Shown in pieces: positions 10,574 to 20,008 of a stretch of DNA of 64,000 bases (positions are counted from its first letter, which is position 1; each line of letters opens with the position of its first letter). This DNA is from an uncultured Holophagales bacterium. GTDB lineage: Bacteria; Acidobacteriota; Thermoanaerobaculia; UBA5066. Location: the NCBI GenBank assembly GCA_964384675.1, contig CAYLNK010000002.1:1516-65515 (forward strand), written 5' to 3'. The notes beneath the pieces are model-generated. The model saw only the letters and a list, made by a program, of their open reading frames with translations, did not search any database and was not told the DNA's origin. The position numbers were made by a program, and so were the translations under genes.

Positions 10574-13303
10574 TCATGACATCACCGGCAGGGAGACCGT
10601 GAACCGCGACCCGCGGCCGGGTCCGGCGTCCACGTCGAGCGACCCGCCGTGAGCGTGGATGATGTCCTTGGCGATCGCGAGGCCCAGCCCGGTCCCGCCA
10701 GCGGCCTTCTTGGTGGAGAAGAACGGCTCGAAGGCGTGCCGGGCCTCGTCCGGAGTCATCCCTCTGCCGTTGTCCTCCACCTGAAACGTCACCTTCGCCC
10801 CGGTGTGGCCGAGGCGTAGGGAGACGCGCGGCTCGGGCCGGCCGGTCACCGCCTCGAGCCCGTTCTTCAGCAGGTTCACCAGCACCTGAACGAGCGCGTC
10901 CTCGTGCCCGGCGATCCGCGGGGTGTCGGCCGGGAGGTCGAGGATCAGCTGGACGTTACGTCCTTTCAGATCGGTCTCGAGGGAGCGGGCGGCCTCTCGG
11001 GCGACGTGCTGCGGCTCGAGCGGCGCCAGCTCGCGAGGACGGCCGCGGGCGAGGTCGAGGAGACTGCCGACCAGGCGCGAGGCGCGGAAGGCCTGCTCCT
11101 CGATCTTCTCCAGGAAGGGGCGCTTCGGGTCGGAGGCCTCGGTGTCGTCCAGGAGGAGGCGCGCATAGCTCGCGACGCCGGTGAGCGGTGTGTTGACCTC
11201 GTGCGCGACCCCGGCCGAGAGCGTCCCGAGCGCGGCGAGCCGTTCCCGGTCCGCGAGCGCGCGCTCCAGGCGAGCGGTCTCGGTCGCGTCCTGCAGGACG
11301 ATCACCTTCGCGGCGGAGCCCGCGCCCGCACCGGGGAAGCGGGAGATCGCGATGTCGAGGACGCGCGGGCCCTGCCCGAAGTCGACCTCGTGCCGCGGGG
11401 AGCCCGACGAGGCGAGGAGCGTGAGGGGAAGGACGTCCTGGTCGACCTGCCCGAGGATCGACTCCTTCGGCCGCCCGACCAGCTGGGCGAAGGCGTCGTT
11501 CAGCGACGTGAACCGGCCTGCGTCGTCGGTGGCGGCGATGGCCGCGGCGGAGCCCGCCACCACGTCCTCGTGGAACTCCTTCAGGGTCTGGAACTCGGCG
11601 GCCTTGACCCGGAGCTCCTCGTAGAGTCGGGCGTGGTCGAGCGCGAGCGCGGCCGGAGCCAGGACGGTCTCGAGCAGCTCGCGGTCGTCCGACGAGAGCG
11701 GGGTCGGCCCGATCTTGTCTCCGACGGCGAAGAGCGCGAGCAGGCGGCCGGAGACGGCGAGCGGCGAAACCGTGCGGAAGCCGGCCCTCCGGAGGCGGTC
11801 GACCGGGCCGCCCGTCTCCCCGAGGGCACGGCGCAGGCGTGTCGTCCCGACGAGCACCTCCTCCGGCAGGAGCTCGAGGTCCAGAGGCGGTCCGCCGTCG
11901 ACGCGATCGGCGGCCAGATGGCCGTCCGCAAGCACGAGGAGGAGCGCGGCTGGCTGCACGCCCAGGCCGCGGGAGACGCGGGTGGAGAGGAGCTCGTCGA
12001 CCTCGGAGAGCGGACGAGGCGTCGGAAGCTCGCGCACCAGCGACAGGAGGGCCTCGCGGTCGCTCCAGACGTCCCGGTACTGCACGCGGGTCAGGGCCGA
12101 GGAGAGGCCGCGCCGGATCGGGACGAAGCTCAGCGCCAGGAAGAGACCGACGGAGGCCTGGAAGGTCCCCTTGGCGTACGGGAGGTCGGCGGGCACGGCC
12201 CGCGCAAGGACGCGTTCCGTGATCGCCAGGACACCGGCGCCGAAGAAGAGGGCTCCGAGGAGAGCGGTCGTCTCCCGGCCGAGGGCCTCCACGTCCCACA
12301 GCCGGTAGCGCGTCAGGGCCGCGAGGAAGGCCACCGGCACGAGCGCGAGCGGCAGCAGGGAGAGGGACGAGAGGAGGGGAATGGGACCGCCGAGGAGCCG
12401 GGGCAGGAAATCGAGGAGGCAGAGGGGCAGGAGGCCCGCGGCGGTCCCGAGGAGGAGGAAGCGGACCTGCTTCTCGGTGAGGAGGTCCATCCGCCGGCGC
12501 GACAGGACGACGAGCCGCGCCGCGCACGCGATCGCCGCCACGCTCATCCAGACGGCCTGGAGGTGGTCGAGCCGGTCGATGCGCGGCCGGGCGACGCCGG
12601 ACGGTGCCAGGTACGTGCTGGCCCAGAGGATCATGAGGGCGAGCGCCGGTGTCCAGAAGAGCGGGGTCGGGGCCCTGCGGGCGCGACGCGGGAAGGTGAA
12701 GACGAGCTGCAGGAGCAGGGCCGGGAAGAGGGCGCGGGCCAGGTCCTCGAGCGCGACGCCGGTCCGGTACCAGGCGTCGAACGGCGGGGCCGGCGAGAGG
12801 ACGAGCGCGAGGGCGAGGCCCAGGCTGAACGCGGAGAAGAGGAGAGCCTCCGGTCCGGGCGAGCCGGACGCGACCAGCACCCTGAGCCCGGAGAACGCGA
12901 AGACCGCGCCGACGAGGACCAGGAAGAAGTAGCGCACGCTCCACGGGCTCCGCGCGGGCGCCGACTCGACTCGGACGGCCCGATCCTGCCGGAGGACGGT
13001 CAGGTCGGCGCCCGACTCGGCCAGGCGGAGCGAAGGGTCCTCGACGAGGCGAGCCGGCCGCCCGTCGATCAGGACGATCACGTCGCCATCGACGAGACCG
13101 GACGCATGCGCCGACGGCCCGACGCTCTCGACCCTGTAGCCGGACTCCGTCGTCGACACGTAGAGCTCGGCTCTGCGGAACGATCCGAGCTTCCGCCCGA
13201 AGCCGACGATCATCGGCACCAGGGCGGCCAGGTAGAGGCCGATGAGGAGCCCGCGCAACAGGCGTCCCGAACGTCCGCGCTCCATCGCGTGGACGAGACG
13301 CAA
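10574..13303 (-). CDS. Sensor histidine kinase (PDZ-like N-domain, polytopic membrane region, GAF/PAS, HisKA, HATPase_c)
   Basis: H-box GVAHEVNTPL, N box, and G1/G2 boxes (DNGRGM, GGTGLGLAI). The ORF track start is a TTG at 13303. A more likely start is the ATG at 13285 (MERGRSGRLL...). Confidence 0.85.
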   Translation of the reverse strand: MRLVHAMERGRSGRLLRGLLIGLYLAALVPMIVGFGRKLGSFRRAELYVSTTESGYRVESVGPSAHASGLVDGDVIVLIDGRPARLVEDPSLRLAESGADLTVLRQDRAVRVESAPARSPWSVRYFFLVLVGAVFAFSGLRVLVASGSPGPEALLFSAFSLGLALALVLSPAPPFDAWYRTGVALEDLARALFPALLLQLVFTFPRRARRAPTPLFWTPALALMILWASTYLAPSGVARPRIDRLDHLQAVWMSVAAIACAARLVVLSRRRMDLLTEKQVRFLLLGTAAGLLPLCLLDFLPRLLGGPIPLLSSLSLLPLALVPVAFLAALTRYRLWDVEALGRETTALLGALFFGAGVLAITERVLARAVPADLPYAKGTFQASVGLFLALSFVPIRRGLSSALTRVQYRDVWSDREALLSLVRELPTPRPLSEVDELLSTRVSRGLGVQPAALLLVLADGHLAADRVDGGPPLDLELLPEEVLVGTTRLRRALGETGGPVDRLRRAGFRTVSPLAVSGRLLALFAVGDKIGPTPLSSDDRELLETVLAPAALALDHARLYEELRVKAAEFQTLKEFHEDVVAGSAAAIAATDDAGRFTSLNDAFAQLVGRPKESILGQVDQDVLPLTLLASSGSPRHEVDFGQGPRVLDIAISRFPGAGAGSAAKVIVLQDATETARLERALADRERLAALGTLSAGVAHEVNTPLTGVASYARLLLDDTEASDPKRPFLEKIEEQAFRASRLVGSLLDLARGRPRELAPLEPQHVAREAARSLETDLKGRNVQLILDLPADTPRIAGHEDALVQVLVNLLKNGLEAVTGRPEPRVSLRLGHTGAKVTFQVEDNGRGMTPDEARHAFEPFFSTKKAAGGTGLGLAIAKDIIHAHGGSLDVDAGPGRGSRFTVSLPVMS

Positions 13304-13315
13304 GGAAAGTGCCAG
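13300..13315 (-). promoter_or_regulatory. Sigma-54 (-24/-12) promoter upstream of the histidine kinase / response regulator operon
   Basis: Minus strand reads CTGGCACTTTCCTTGCG, which matches TGGCAC-N5-TTGC exactly (GG-N10-GC). It sits directly upstream of the kinase start. Confidence 0.6.
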
Positions 13316-13436
13316 GTATCCGGATCCTTGAATCAGGTCAAATCCCTACAAAATGGGAAGTTATCCCAGAAAGGTCCGGATGTGATCCAAAATGTCGGAT
13401 TAACTCCGAGGAATCTTGGAGGGCCGAGTCCCCGGA

Positions 13437-15311
13437 TCAGAAGGAGAAGGCGAGCCCGCCGGCGAACCGGCGATTGCTTCGCGCCTCGTCCTTGCCTTCC
13501 TGACGGCGGCCGAGCTCGACCGAGAGCAGCGCCCGAAGCTCCGAGCCGAAGCTCCTGAGTGCCGCGATCGGGACCGCTTGGGCGAGGCTGAAGTCGACCG
13601 CCTCGACGTCGTTGCGCAGCCCGTCCCGACCCTGGTGCAGGGTCTGCGTCACGACCCGGTAACCTGCGCCGATCGAGGTGCGGGTCACCGCCACCATCAC
13701 CGAAAAGTCCGCCACCCCGTACGTCGCCTCGTTCTCGTCGATCACGCCGTGGCGGGAGCCGGCAACCCGGCCGCCGCGGGCGGCGATCCGTCCGTCGAGC
13801 CCCGCTCCGAGACGGAACGTCGTGGTGCTCGACAGCTCGGTCGCGACATCGGAGTCGAAGAAGTAGAGGGAGTCGAGGCGGTCCACGAAGTCCCGGTCCA
13901 GGAGCATCCGGTACGTGCCGCCGAGCTCACGCCGCGACACCTCGACCGAGAAGCTTTCGCCGTCCTGGCTGTCGTACCGGATCCCGCCACGGTACGTCGA
14001 GCGGGCGAGGCGGGAGAGATCACCGTCCTCGGTCCCCGCGTACCCGAGCGGGATGCCGTCGAGGAGGCGCCGCTCGAACCGGCGGGAGAGGAAACCGAAC
14101 GCGCGCCAGCCTTCCTCGGTCTTGAGCGTCAGCGTCAGCTCGGGGGTCAGGCCGCGGAGGTGAGTCGAGGTCTCGCCGACGAGTCCACCCTCGAGCACGA
14201 GGTGGGGCAGGACCTCCATTCCGACGGAGCCGCCCATCCGGGTTTCCTGATCCCACGAGCCTGAGGGGGACCGGGTCTCGAGGCCCGTCGTGGTGCGGTA
14301 TCCGACGCTGACGCGGACGAAACGGCCGGCGTCCAGGTCGGTGCGATAGCTCGCGGCGAGCTCGACCGCGTTCGCCGCCCGCGTGAACAGCCCGTCGACC
14401 GGCACGCTGGAGGCGAGGTTCGCCTGGGAGAGAACCCGCGCCGAGACGGACGCGCGGGAGCCGTCCCCCAGAGAGCCGCTCCAGTCGACCCCGTGCGCGG
14501 AGAAGCGGGTGTCGGACGCCCCATCGAGGATCTGACGGCGCGACGAGATCCGGATCGCCTGGTTGTCCGTGGGCGCCACGTCGAGCGCGAGCCGCGAGGC
14601 GTCGCCGAGTCGCGTACCGCCGCTCGAGACACGGCTGTACTCGCCCTCGAGGCCCCAGCGGAAGCGTCCGCCTAGGCTCCCCGACACGTCGAGAGACGTC
14701 CGGGAGAGGTTCGCCGAGCCCTCGGCGCCGAACCCGGTGAGAGACGAGACGGACGCCCGCAAGGGGAGCGACAGGGACGCGCGGGCGAGGGACGACGACG
14801 GAGGGCCGGGCGGGCGAGCCGCGTCCTCGAGCGCCGCCACGACGCCTTCGTCGCGCAGCACGTCACCGGGAGCGAGCGCCCTCGCGATCCAGGGATCCGC
14901 CTCCCCGAGCGGTGTGACGGGAAGGACGCCGCTGGCCTTCTCGAGCTCCACCGAGACGAAGGAGACGGTTTCCCGGCCGGCCCGGTGGAGGATTCGCGTG
15001 ACGACGGGGCGGAAGCCGGGCGCGAAGGACAGGATCGTGTAGAGCCCCGCCGGCGCCCCCGGCAGCACGAAGCTGCCGTCGGACGCGGACCGCAGGACGC
15101 GCACGGTCGCGGCGACTCCGTTCTCGACGCTCCGGATCAGGAGTGTCGCGCCCCCGATGGGAACGCGGCCCACACGCACGATTCCGGCGAGCGGCGCGCC
15201 GGTCGGGACCGAGAGTCCACCGGGAACGGCGAGGGCAATGGCGGGAACCGAGACGGCGAGCAGCACCACCGCGAACCGGAGCCTCGAAGGGATTCGTCGA
15301 TAGCGGCTCAT
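13437..15311 (-). CDS. Outer-membrane beta-barrel protein with N-terminal carboxypeptidase-regulatory-like domain
   Basis: Signal peptide MSRYRRIPSRLRFAVVLLAVSVPAIALA. Alternating-hydrophobic beta-strand pattern throughout. C-terminal aromatic residue (…GGLAFSF). The start is the internal ATG at 15311 because the ORF-track extension has no signal peptide. Confidence 0.6.
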   Translation of the reverse strand: MSRYRRIPSRLRFAVVLLAVSVPAIALAVPGGLSVPTGAPLAGIVRVGRVPIGGATLLIRSVENGVAATVRVLRSASDGSFVLPGAPAGLYTILSFAPGFRPVVTRILHRAGRETVSFVSVELEKASGVLPVTPLGEADPWIARALAPGDVLRDEGVVAALEDAARPPGPPSSSLARASLSLPLRASVSSLTGFGAEGSANLSRTSLDVSGSLGGRFRWGLEGEYSRVSSGGTRLGDASRLALDVAPTDNQAIRISSRRQILDGASDTRFSAHGVDWSGSLGDGSRASVSARVLSQANLASSVPVDGLFTRAANAVELAASYRTDLDAGRFVRVSVGYRTTTGLETRSPSGSWDQETRMGGSVGMEVLPHLVLEGGLVGETSTHLRGLTPELTLTLKTEEGWRAFGFLSRRFERRLLDGIPLGYAGTEDGDLSRLARSTYRGGIRYDSQDGESFSVEVSRRELGGTYRMLLDRDFVDRLDSLYFFDSDVATELSSTTTFRLGAGLDGRIAARGGRVAGSRHGVIDENEATYGVADFSVMVAVTRTSIGAGYRVVTQTLHQGRDGLRNDVEAVDFSLAQAVPIAALRSFGSELRALLSVELGRRQEGKDEARSNRRFAGGLAFSF

Positions 15312-15393
15312 GGGGCCCCCCGCTCGACCGGCGCAACCGGCCTTCGGGAGATCATCCGCCCGGAACCGCCCGCGCGTCAATCGGCCAGGAGCA

Positions 15394-16302
15394 TCACGTG
15401 GCGGGGCCGAGACCCAGGAGGGCCCGGAGCGCGTGCCCGGCGATCGCCGGGTTCTCTTTCAGGCGCCTCGTCGAGTACGCGTACCAGTCCCGTCCGTACG
15501 GCACGTAGACCCGGAGCCGGTGTCCGGCTTCGATGAGGATCTTGCGCAAGAGCGGGTCGACGCCGAGGAGCATCTGGAACTCGTACCGGTCGGGGGAGAG
15601 CTTCAGACGATCGATGGTGGCCAGCGCCAGCTGGACGCAGGCCTCGTCGTGGGTCGCGATGCCGGCGTAGCAGCCGGCCGAAAGGTGCTTGTCGACGAGC
15701 GCCCCGAAGTTCCGGATCACCACATCCCGGTCCTTGAAGGCGTGCGCGCGTGGCTCGATGTAGATCCCCTTGCAGATCCGGACGTTCATCTTCGCGTCGA
15801 TCAGCCGGTCGAGGTCCCGGAGGCTGCGCCGGAGGTACGCCTGGATCACCACTCCGATGTTCGCGTACTCCTTCTTCAGGTCGAGGACCAACGCGAGGGT
15901 GGACTCCGTGTACGGGGTGTCCTCCATGTCGAGGCGGATGAAGAGATTGCTTTCGGCCGCCTTGCGGCAGATGGCGAGGCAGTTCTCGCGAGCCAGACCC
16001 GGATCGATCGAGAGGCCGACGGCGGTTGGCTTGATCGAGACGTTGGCCGGCAAGCCCGAGGCGGCGAGCGCCCCGATCGCGCGCAGGTACTCGTCCCGCG
16101 TGGCGACCGTCTGCTCCCGACGTGTCACGCTCTCTCCGAGCACGTCGAGCGTGGCCATCGCGCCCTCATTCGCGAGCGCGCGGATCGCGGCGAGCCCGTC
16201 GTCGAGCGTTTCGCCCGCCACGTAGCGGGAGGCGAAGCGGCGGACGATCGGCTTCGGGACGGCGGGGAGGGCGGTGACGACGAGCTTGTTGAACAGCGAC
16301 AT
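15394..16302 (-). CDS. Proline dehydrogenase (monofunctional ProDH/PutA-like)
   Basis: 302 aa, TIM-barrel ProDH family pattern (…LDMEDTPYTE…QAYLRRS…NVRICKGIY…YVPYGRDWYAYSTRRLKENP). Confidence 0.85.
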   Translation of the reverse strand: MSLFNKLVVTALPAVPKPIVRRFASRYVAGETLDDGLAAIRALANEGAMATLDVLGESVTRREQTVATRDEYLRAIGALAASGLPANVSIKPTAVGLSIDPGLARENCLAICRKAAESNLFIRLDMEDTPYTESTLALVLDLKKEYANIGVVIQAYLRRSLRDLDRLIDAKMNVRICKGIYIEPRAHAFKDRDVVIRNFGALVDKHLSAGCYAGIATHDEACVQLALATIDRLKLSPDRYEFQMLLGVDPLLRKILIEAGHRLRVYVPYGRDWYAYSTRRLKENPAIAGHALRALLGLGPAT

Positions 16303-16322
16303 TCGTGCTCCGGGCCGGGCGC

Positions 16323-17063
16323 CTACGGTGTGCGGGCGAGGACGAGCAACCTGACCTCCAGCGCCCCGGCGTCGAGGAGGGCGGAGGAGGCGGCGCGCAC
16401 GGTGGCGCCCGTTGTCATGACGTCATCGACGAGGACGAGGCGCTTTCCCCGGGCTTTGGCCGGGATGGCGGCGAAGGCGCCGGCCACGTTACCGCGCCGG
16501 GCCGTGGCGGGGAGCGCGGACTGCGGGGTGGCGTCCCCGCGGCGTTCGAGGGCCTCGACCAGAGGAAGCGCGCTCCGACGCGCGATCTCCGCGGCGAGCA
16601 GCCGGGCCTGGTCGTAGCCTCGATCGCGGTTTCGCCGCCGCGTCGACGGCGCCGGAGTCACGCCGTCGAGGCCCTCGAGGAGCCGGACGCGGCGTGCGGC
16701 AGCCACGAGCCGGATCGCCGCCGGCCTCGCGGCGATGTCCAGCCCCCGGAACTTGAGCGCGGCGACGATCCGGGCGAGCGCGCCTCCGTAGTCTCCGAGA
16801 CAGCTCGCGGCGGTGAAGGGCGGCGGGTCGGTCAGGCAGTCGCGACAGAGTCCCTCGCCGGGGAGGGCGCAGCGTGGGCAGCGGGGTTCCTCGGTCGGCA
16901 GGCCGCCCCAGCAGGTGGCGCAGACGCCACCTCCGCCGAGCCCGCTCCTCGGGGCCCGGCAGCCGGCGCAGAGCGACGGGGCGAAGAGGTCGAGCAGGCG
17001 CCGCACGGCCGGATTCGCGCGCTCCCGAGCCACGCCGATCGCGGCAGCCTGCACGCCGATCAT
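16323..17063 (-). CDS. ComF family protein (phosphoribosyltransferase domain, N-terminal Cys4 zinc finger)
   Basis: N-terminal CxxC…CxxC. C-terminal PRTase PRPP-binding motif LVLVDDVMTTGAT. Confidence 0.85.
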   Translation of the reverse strand: MIGVQAAAIGVARERANPAVRRLLDLFAPSLCAGCRAPRSGLGGGGVCATCWGGLPTEEPRCPRCALPGEGLCRDCLTDPPPFTAASCLGDYGGALARIVAALKFRGLDIAARPAAIRLVAAARRVRLLEGLDGVTPAPSTRRRNRDRGYDQARLLAAEIARRSALPLVEALERRGDATPQSALPATARRGNVAGAFAAIPAKARGKRLVLVDDVMTTGATVRAASSALLDAGALEVRLLVLARTP

Positions 17064-17144
17064 TCTAGACGAACGGCCCGCAGGATCCGTATCTCCGTCG
17101 TGAGCGTTGACGCTTCGTTCGCCCCGCCCCTATCCTGCCGTCCG

Positions 17145-17711
17145 ATGAGCATCTCCCGTCCCCTCCGCGTCCTCGCCCTGGTCCTCTGCTCGGCCACGCT
17201 CGTGGCGAACCCCGCGAAGGCGCAGTCGTTCGCCGTCGGCGGGGGCGGCTCGTTCGTGAACGACACCGGCTCGGAGTTCAGCACGACCGATTTCGTCACG
17301 AGCTTCGACACGGTCGGAGCCCACCTTTTCGGAGACGTCGTTCTCGAGGATGGGGTCGTCTTCGAGGCCCGGACCTCGCAGTTCGGGCTCGAGGGCTCGG
17401 TGGCCGGCGCGCCCAACCTGAAGGCGACCGCCGGCACGTTGTCGGTCACGTACCTCTTTCGCGAGGCCTGGATCCGCGCCGGATTCGTGGCGGGTGGCGG
17501 CGTCTACCGGGTCGTTCCCCGTCCAATCGAGGGCGGTCAGGTCGCGGCCGACGTCTCCCAGACCTCGTTCGGGTTCTTCGGAGGGCTCGTCAGTGTTTTC
17601 GACATCGGCAAGCGGTGGGACGCCAGGCTCGAGGTGACGATCCATTCGATCCGCACCGACTACCGGCACACTCCGGTCTTCCTGACCGGCGGGATCGCGT
17701 ACCACTTCTGA
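17145..17711 (+). CDS. Small outer-membrane beta-barrel protein (OmpW/OmpA-TM-like)
   Basis: Signal peptide MSISRPLRVLALVLCSATLVANPAKAQS. Amphipathic beta-strand pattern. Terminal ...GGIAYHF. The long ORF-track extension upstream is readthrough. Confidence 0.65.
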   Translation: MSISRPLRVLALVLCSATLVANPAKAQSFAVGGGGSFVNDTGSEFSTTDFVTSFDTVGAHLFGDVVLEDGVVFEARTSQFGLEGSVAGAPNLKATAGTLSVTYLFREAWIRAGFVAGGGVYRVVPRPIEGGQVAADVSQTSFGFFGGLVSVFDIGKRWDARLEVTIHSIRTDYRHTPVFLTGGIAYHF

Positions 17712-18161
17712 CCGGGTGAGGGTTCCGTGTCGGGGCCGCGGACGGGCCCGGCGCGGGCCACGTGGTATCGACGGACCGTCCGGAAATGGTGGGACCTGCC
17801 CGGCCTTTTCGGCCGGGCAGGGGTTGCGACGGTGGGATGTTCTAACTTGTGGGCTAGTGAGAGGTAGGACTGAGGTGGCGGGCCCGCAAACCGGGTGATC
17901 TGCGGGTTACGTGGGGAGTGTTTTCGAAGATCGTCTTCATCGGTCTTGCGAACGCTTGGGGTTCGATCTCCTGACCATCTATACGCAAGTCGGATGCCTA
18001 TGGTTTACCTGCTCGCCACGATTCCCGGAAGTCGTTCTTTCGCATTGGCTTGGATCCACCGCTGGCGGGAGCCCCCTCTGGAGCCGTCTCAGAATCAGTC
18101 CAATAAGGTGCAATTCGGCACTCCGGAAGGGAAAAATGTCGCGAAACGGGTGGGGCTTTTT

Positions 18162-18611
18162 TCAGGTCAGGGGAAGGAGCGTCGAGTCCTTCTTGACGGA
18201 CAGCGAGAGCTCGACCTTCGTCCGCACCACGCCCCGGATGGTCTGGATCCGTTCGCGCAGGACGGACTCCACGTGCTCGACGTCGCGCGCCCGGATCTTG
18301 AGCCTGTATCCGTAGTCGCCCGAGAGCGCGTAGCACTCCTGGACATCGAGGAGGTTCTCGATCTCGTCCAGGAAGGGGCGCTCGAAGCGAGGGTGCTCGA
18401 GACCGACGTCGATGTGTGCCACGAGAGGCATGCCGACGAGTCGCGGATCGAGCAGGGCCGTGAACCTCCGGATGAAGCCCCGGGTCTCGAGCTTCTTGAT
18501 CCGCTCGTTCACCGATGGCGTGGTGAGTCCCACGCTCTCGGCGATTCGCGCCTGGGACACCTTGCCGTCCCGCTGCAAGATATCCAGGATCTTTCGATCG
18601 ATCTCATCCAT
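18162..18611 (-). CDS. Lrp/AsnC family transcriptional regulator
   Basis: 149 aa. N-terminal HTH (DEIDRKILDILQRDGKVSQARIAESVGLTTPSVNERIKKLE) followed by a RAM/AsnC_trans_reg domain. Confidence 0.9.
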   Translation of the reverse strand: MDEIDRKILDILQRDGKVSQARIAESVGLTTPSVNERIKKLETRGFIRRFTALLDPRLVGMPLVAHIDVGLEHPRFERPFLDEIENLLDVQECYALSGDYGYRLKIRARDVEHVESVLRERIQTIRGVVRTKVELSLSVKKDSTLLPLT

Positions 18612-18668
18612 AAAATATTCGGCCCGCTTGTCTGCGGGCCGAATATTATTTGGATGCAGGGGTCTGGA

Positions 18669-19940
18669 TCAAGAGGATAGAGCGACCCGGCGAGCCGGCT
18701 CCGGTATCTCGGCGCCCTTGGGCAGGACGACCACGCCCCCTTCCGAGACGTGGAATCGCCGCCGGTCCTCCTCGGGATCGAACCCGATCTCGACCCTCGG
18801 GGGGATCCGGAGCCCCTTGTCGGCGATGACCCGTCTCAGCCGCGCGTGGCGGCCCACTTCCACACCGTCCATCAGGACGCACTCCTCGATGTGCGAGAAG
18901 GAGTTGACCCGGACTCGCGGGAAGAGGATCGACCGGTGGATCGTGCCGCCGGAGATGATGCAGCCGTTCGAGACCATGGAGTCGGTGGCGATCCCGATTC
19001 GGTTCGAGGCGGCGTCGGCGAAGACGAACTTCGCGGGCGGCAGCTGGGGCGAGCGGCTCTTGATCACCCACTTCGGGTTGTAGAGATTGAGCGGGGGAGT
19101 CACCGAGATCAGGTCCATGGAGGCATCCCAGTACGAGTCGACGGTGCCGACGTCCCGCCAATACGGCGGCAGGTCCTCGTCGCCGGGCACCCGGTTGGAC
19201 GAGTAGTCGTAGGCGAAGATCCGTGCGCCGCCGGCCATGAGCGACGGGATGATCGTCTTCCCGAAGTCATGAGAGGTGTCCTGCAGGGCGTCGTGCTCCA
19301 GCGCGTCGATCAGCACATCCGGCTCGAAGACGTAGTTCCCCATCGAGGCCAGGGCGAAACCGGGGCTCCCGGGCATCTCCTTCGGCTCGGCCGGCTTCTC
19401 TTCGAAGCCGAGAACCCGGCCGTCGTCGCCGATCTCCAGGACGCCGAATCGCGAGGCCTCCTCGAGCGGGACGGGGATCGCCGCGATCGTCAGGTCGTGG
19501 CCGCCGTCCTCGTGGAAGACCAGCATGGGGCTGACGTCCATCATGTAGATGTGGTCGCCGCCGAAGACGCAGACGTGGGACGGCCGCTCGTCGAAGATGA
19601 GGTCGAGGTTCTGGTACACGGCGTCCGCCGTTCCCCGGAACCAGTGGGGCCCGCGCCGCATCTGGGCCGGAACCGGGTCGACGAACTGGCCGATGTCCGC
19701 GGTGAGCCGCCAGGTCCGGATGATGTGCTCGATGAGGGAGTTCGACTTGAACTGCGTCAGGACCTTGATCTTGGTGAGACCCGAGTTGACGAAGTTATTC
19801 AAGGCGAAGTCGATGATCCGGTAGCGGCCGCCGAACGGGACGGCGGGCTTGGCGCGGTCCCGGGTCAGGGGGAACAGCCGCTCTCCCATCCCTCCGGCGA
19901 GGATGATGGACAGAACGTCCCGGTGCTGGATGACCTTCAC
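18669..19940 (-). CDS. glgC: Glucose-1-phosphate adenylyltransferase
   Basis: ILAGGMGERLFPLTRDRAKPAVPFGGRYRIIDFALNN is the canonical GlgC N-terminus, and the protein has a left-handed beta-helix C-terminus. Start is the GTG at 19940 (SD GGCGAGGGG). Codons upstream of it are AT-ending and atypical for this genome. Confidence 0.85.
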   Translation of the reverse strand: MKVIQHRDVLSIILAGGMGERLFPLTRDRAKPAVPFGGRYRIIDFALNNFVNSGLTKIKVLTQFKSNSLIEHIIRTWRLTADIGQFVDPVPAQMRRGPHWFRGTADAVYQNLDLIFDERPSHVCVFGGDHIYMMDVSPMLVFHEDGGHDLTIAAIPVPLEEASRFGVLEIGDDGRVLGFEEKPAEPKEMPGSPGFALASMGNYVFEPDVLIDALEHDALQDTSHDFGKTIIPSLMAGGARIFAYDYSSNRVPGDEDLPPYWRDVGTVDSYWDASMDLISVTPPLNLYNPKWVIKSRSPQLPPAKFVFADAASNRIGIATDSMVSNGCIISGGTIHRSILFPRVRVNSFSHIEECVLMDGVEVGRHARLRRVIADKGLRIPPRVEIGFDPEEDRRRFHVSEGGVVVLPKGAEIPEPARRVALSS

Positions 19941-20008
19941 GTGTGCCCCTCGCCGATTTTCGCACCGCTGCATCGCTCGTGGCGGTCCGAAGTGAGTATC
20001 TTTGACGC

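Noticed and set aside
15312-15393. Possible sigma-54 promoter TGGCCGATTGACGCG upstream of the OMP gene (minus strand)
   Set aside because: GG-to-GC spacing is 9 rather than 10 nt and the -12 element is poor. Not called.
18040-18075. tRNA-like GGTTCGATCTCC motif (T-loop-like) in the 450-bp intergenic region
   Set aside because: Flanking sequence does not form a T-stem, acceptor stem or the rest of a cloverleaf on either strand. The match is probably chance.
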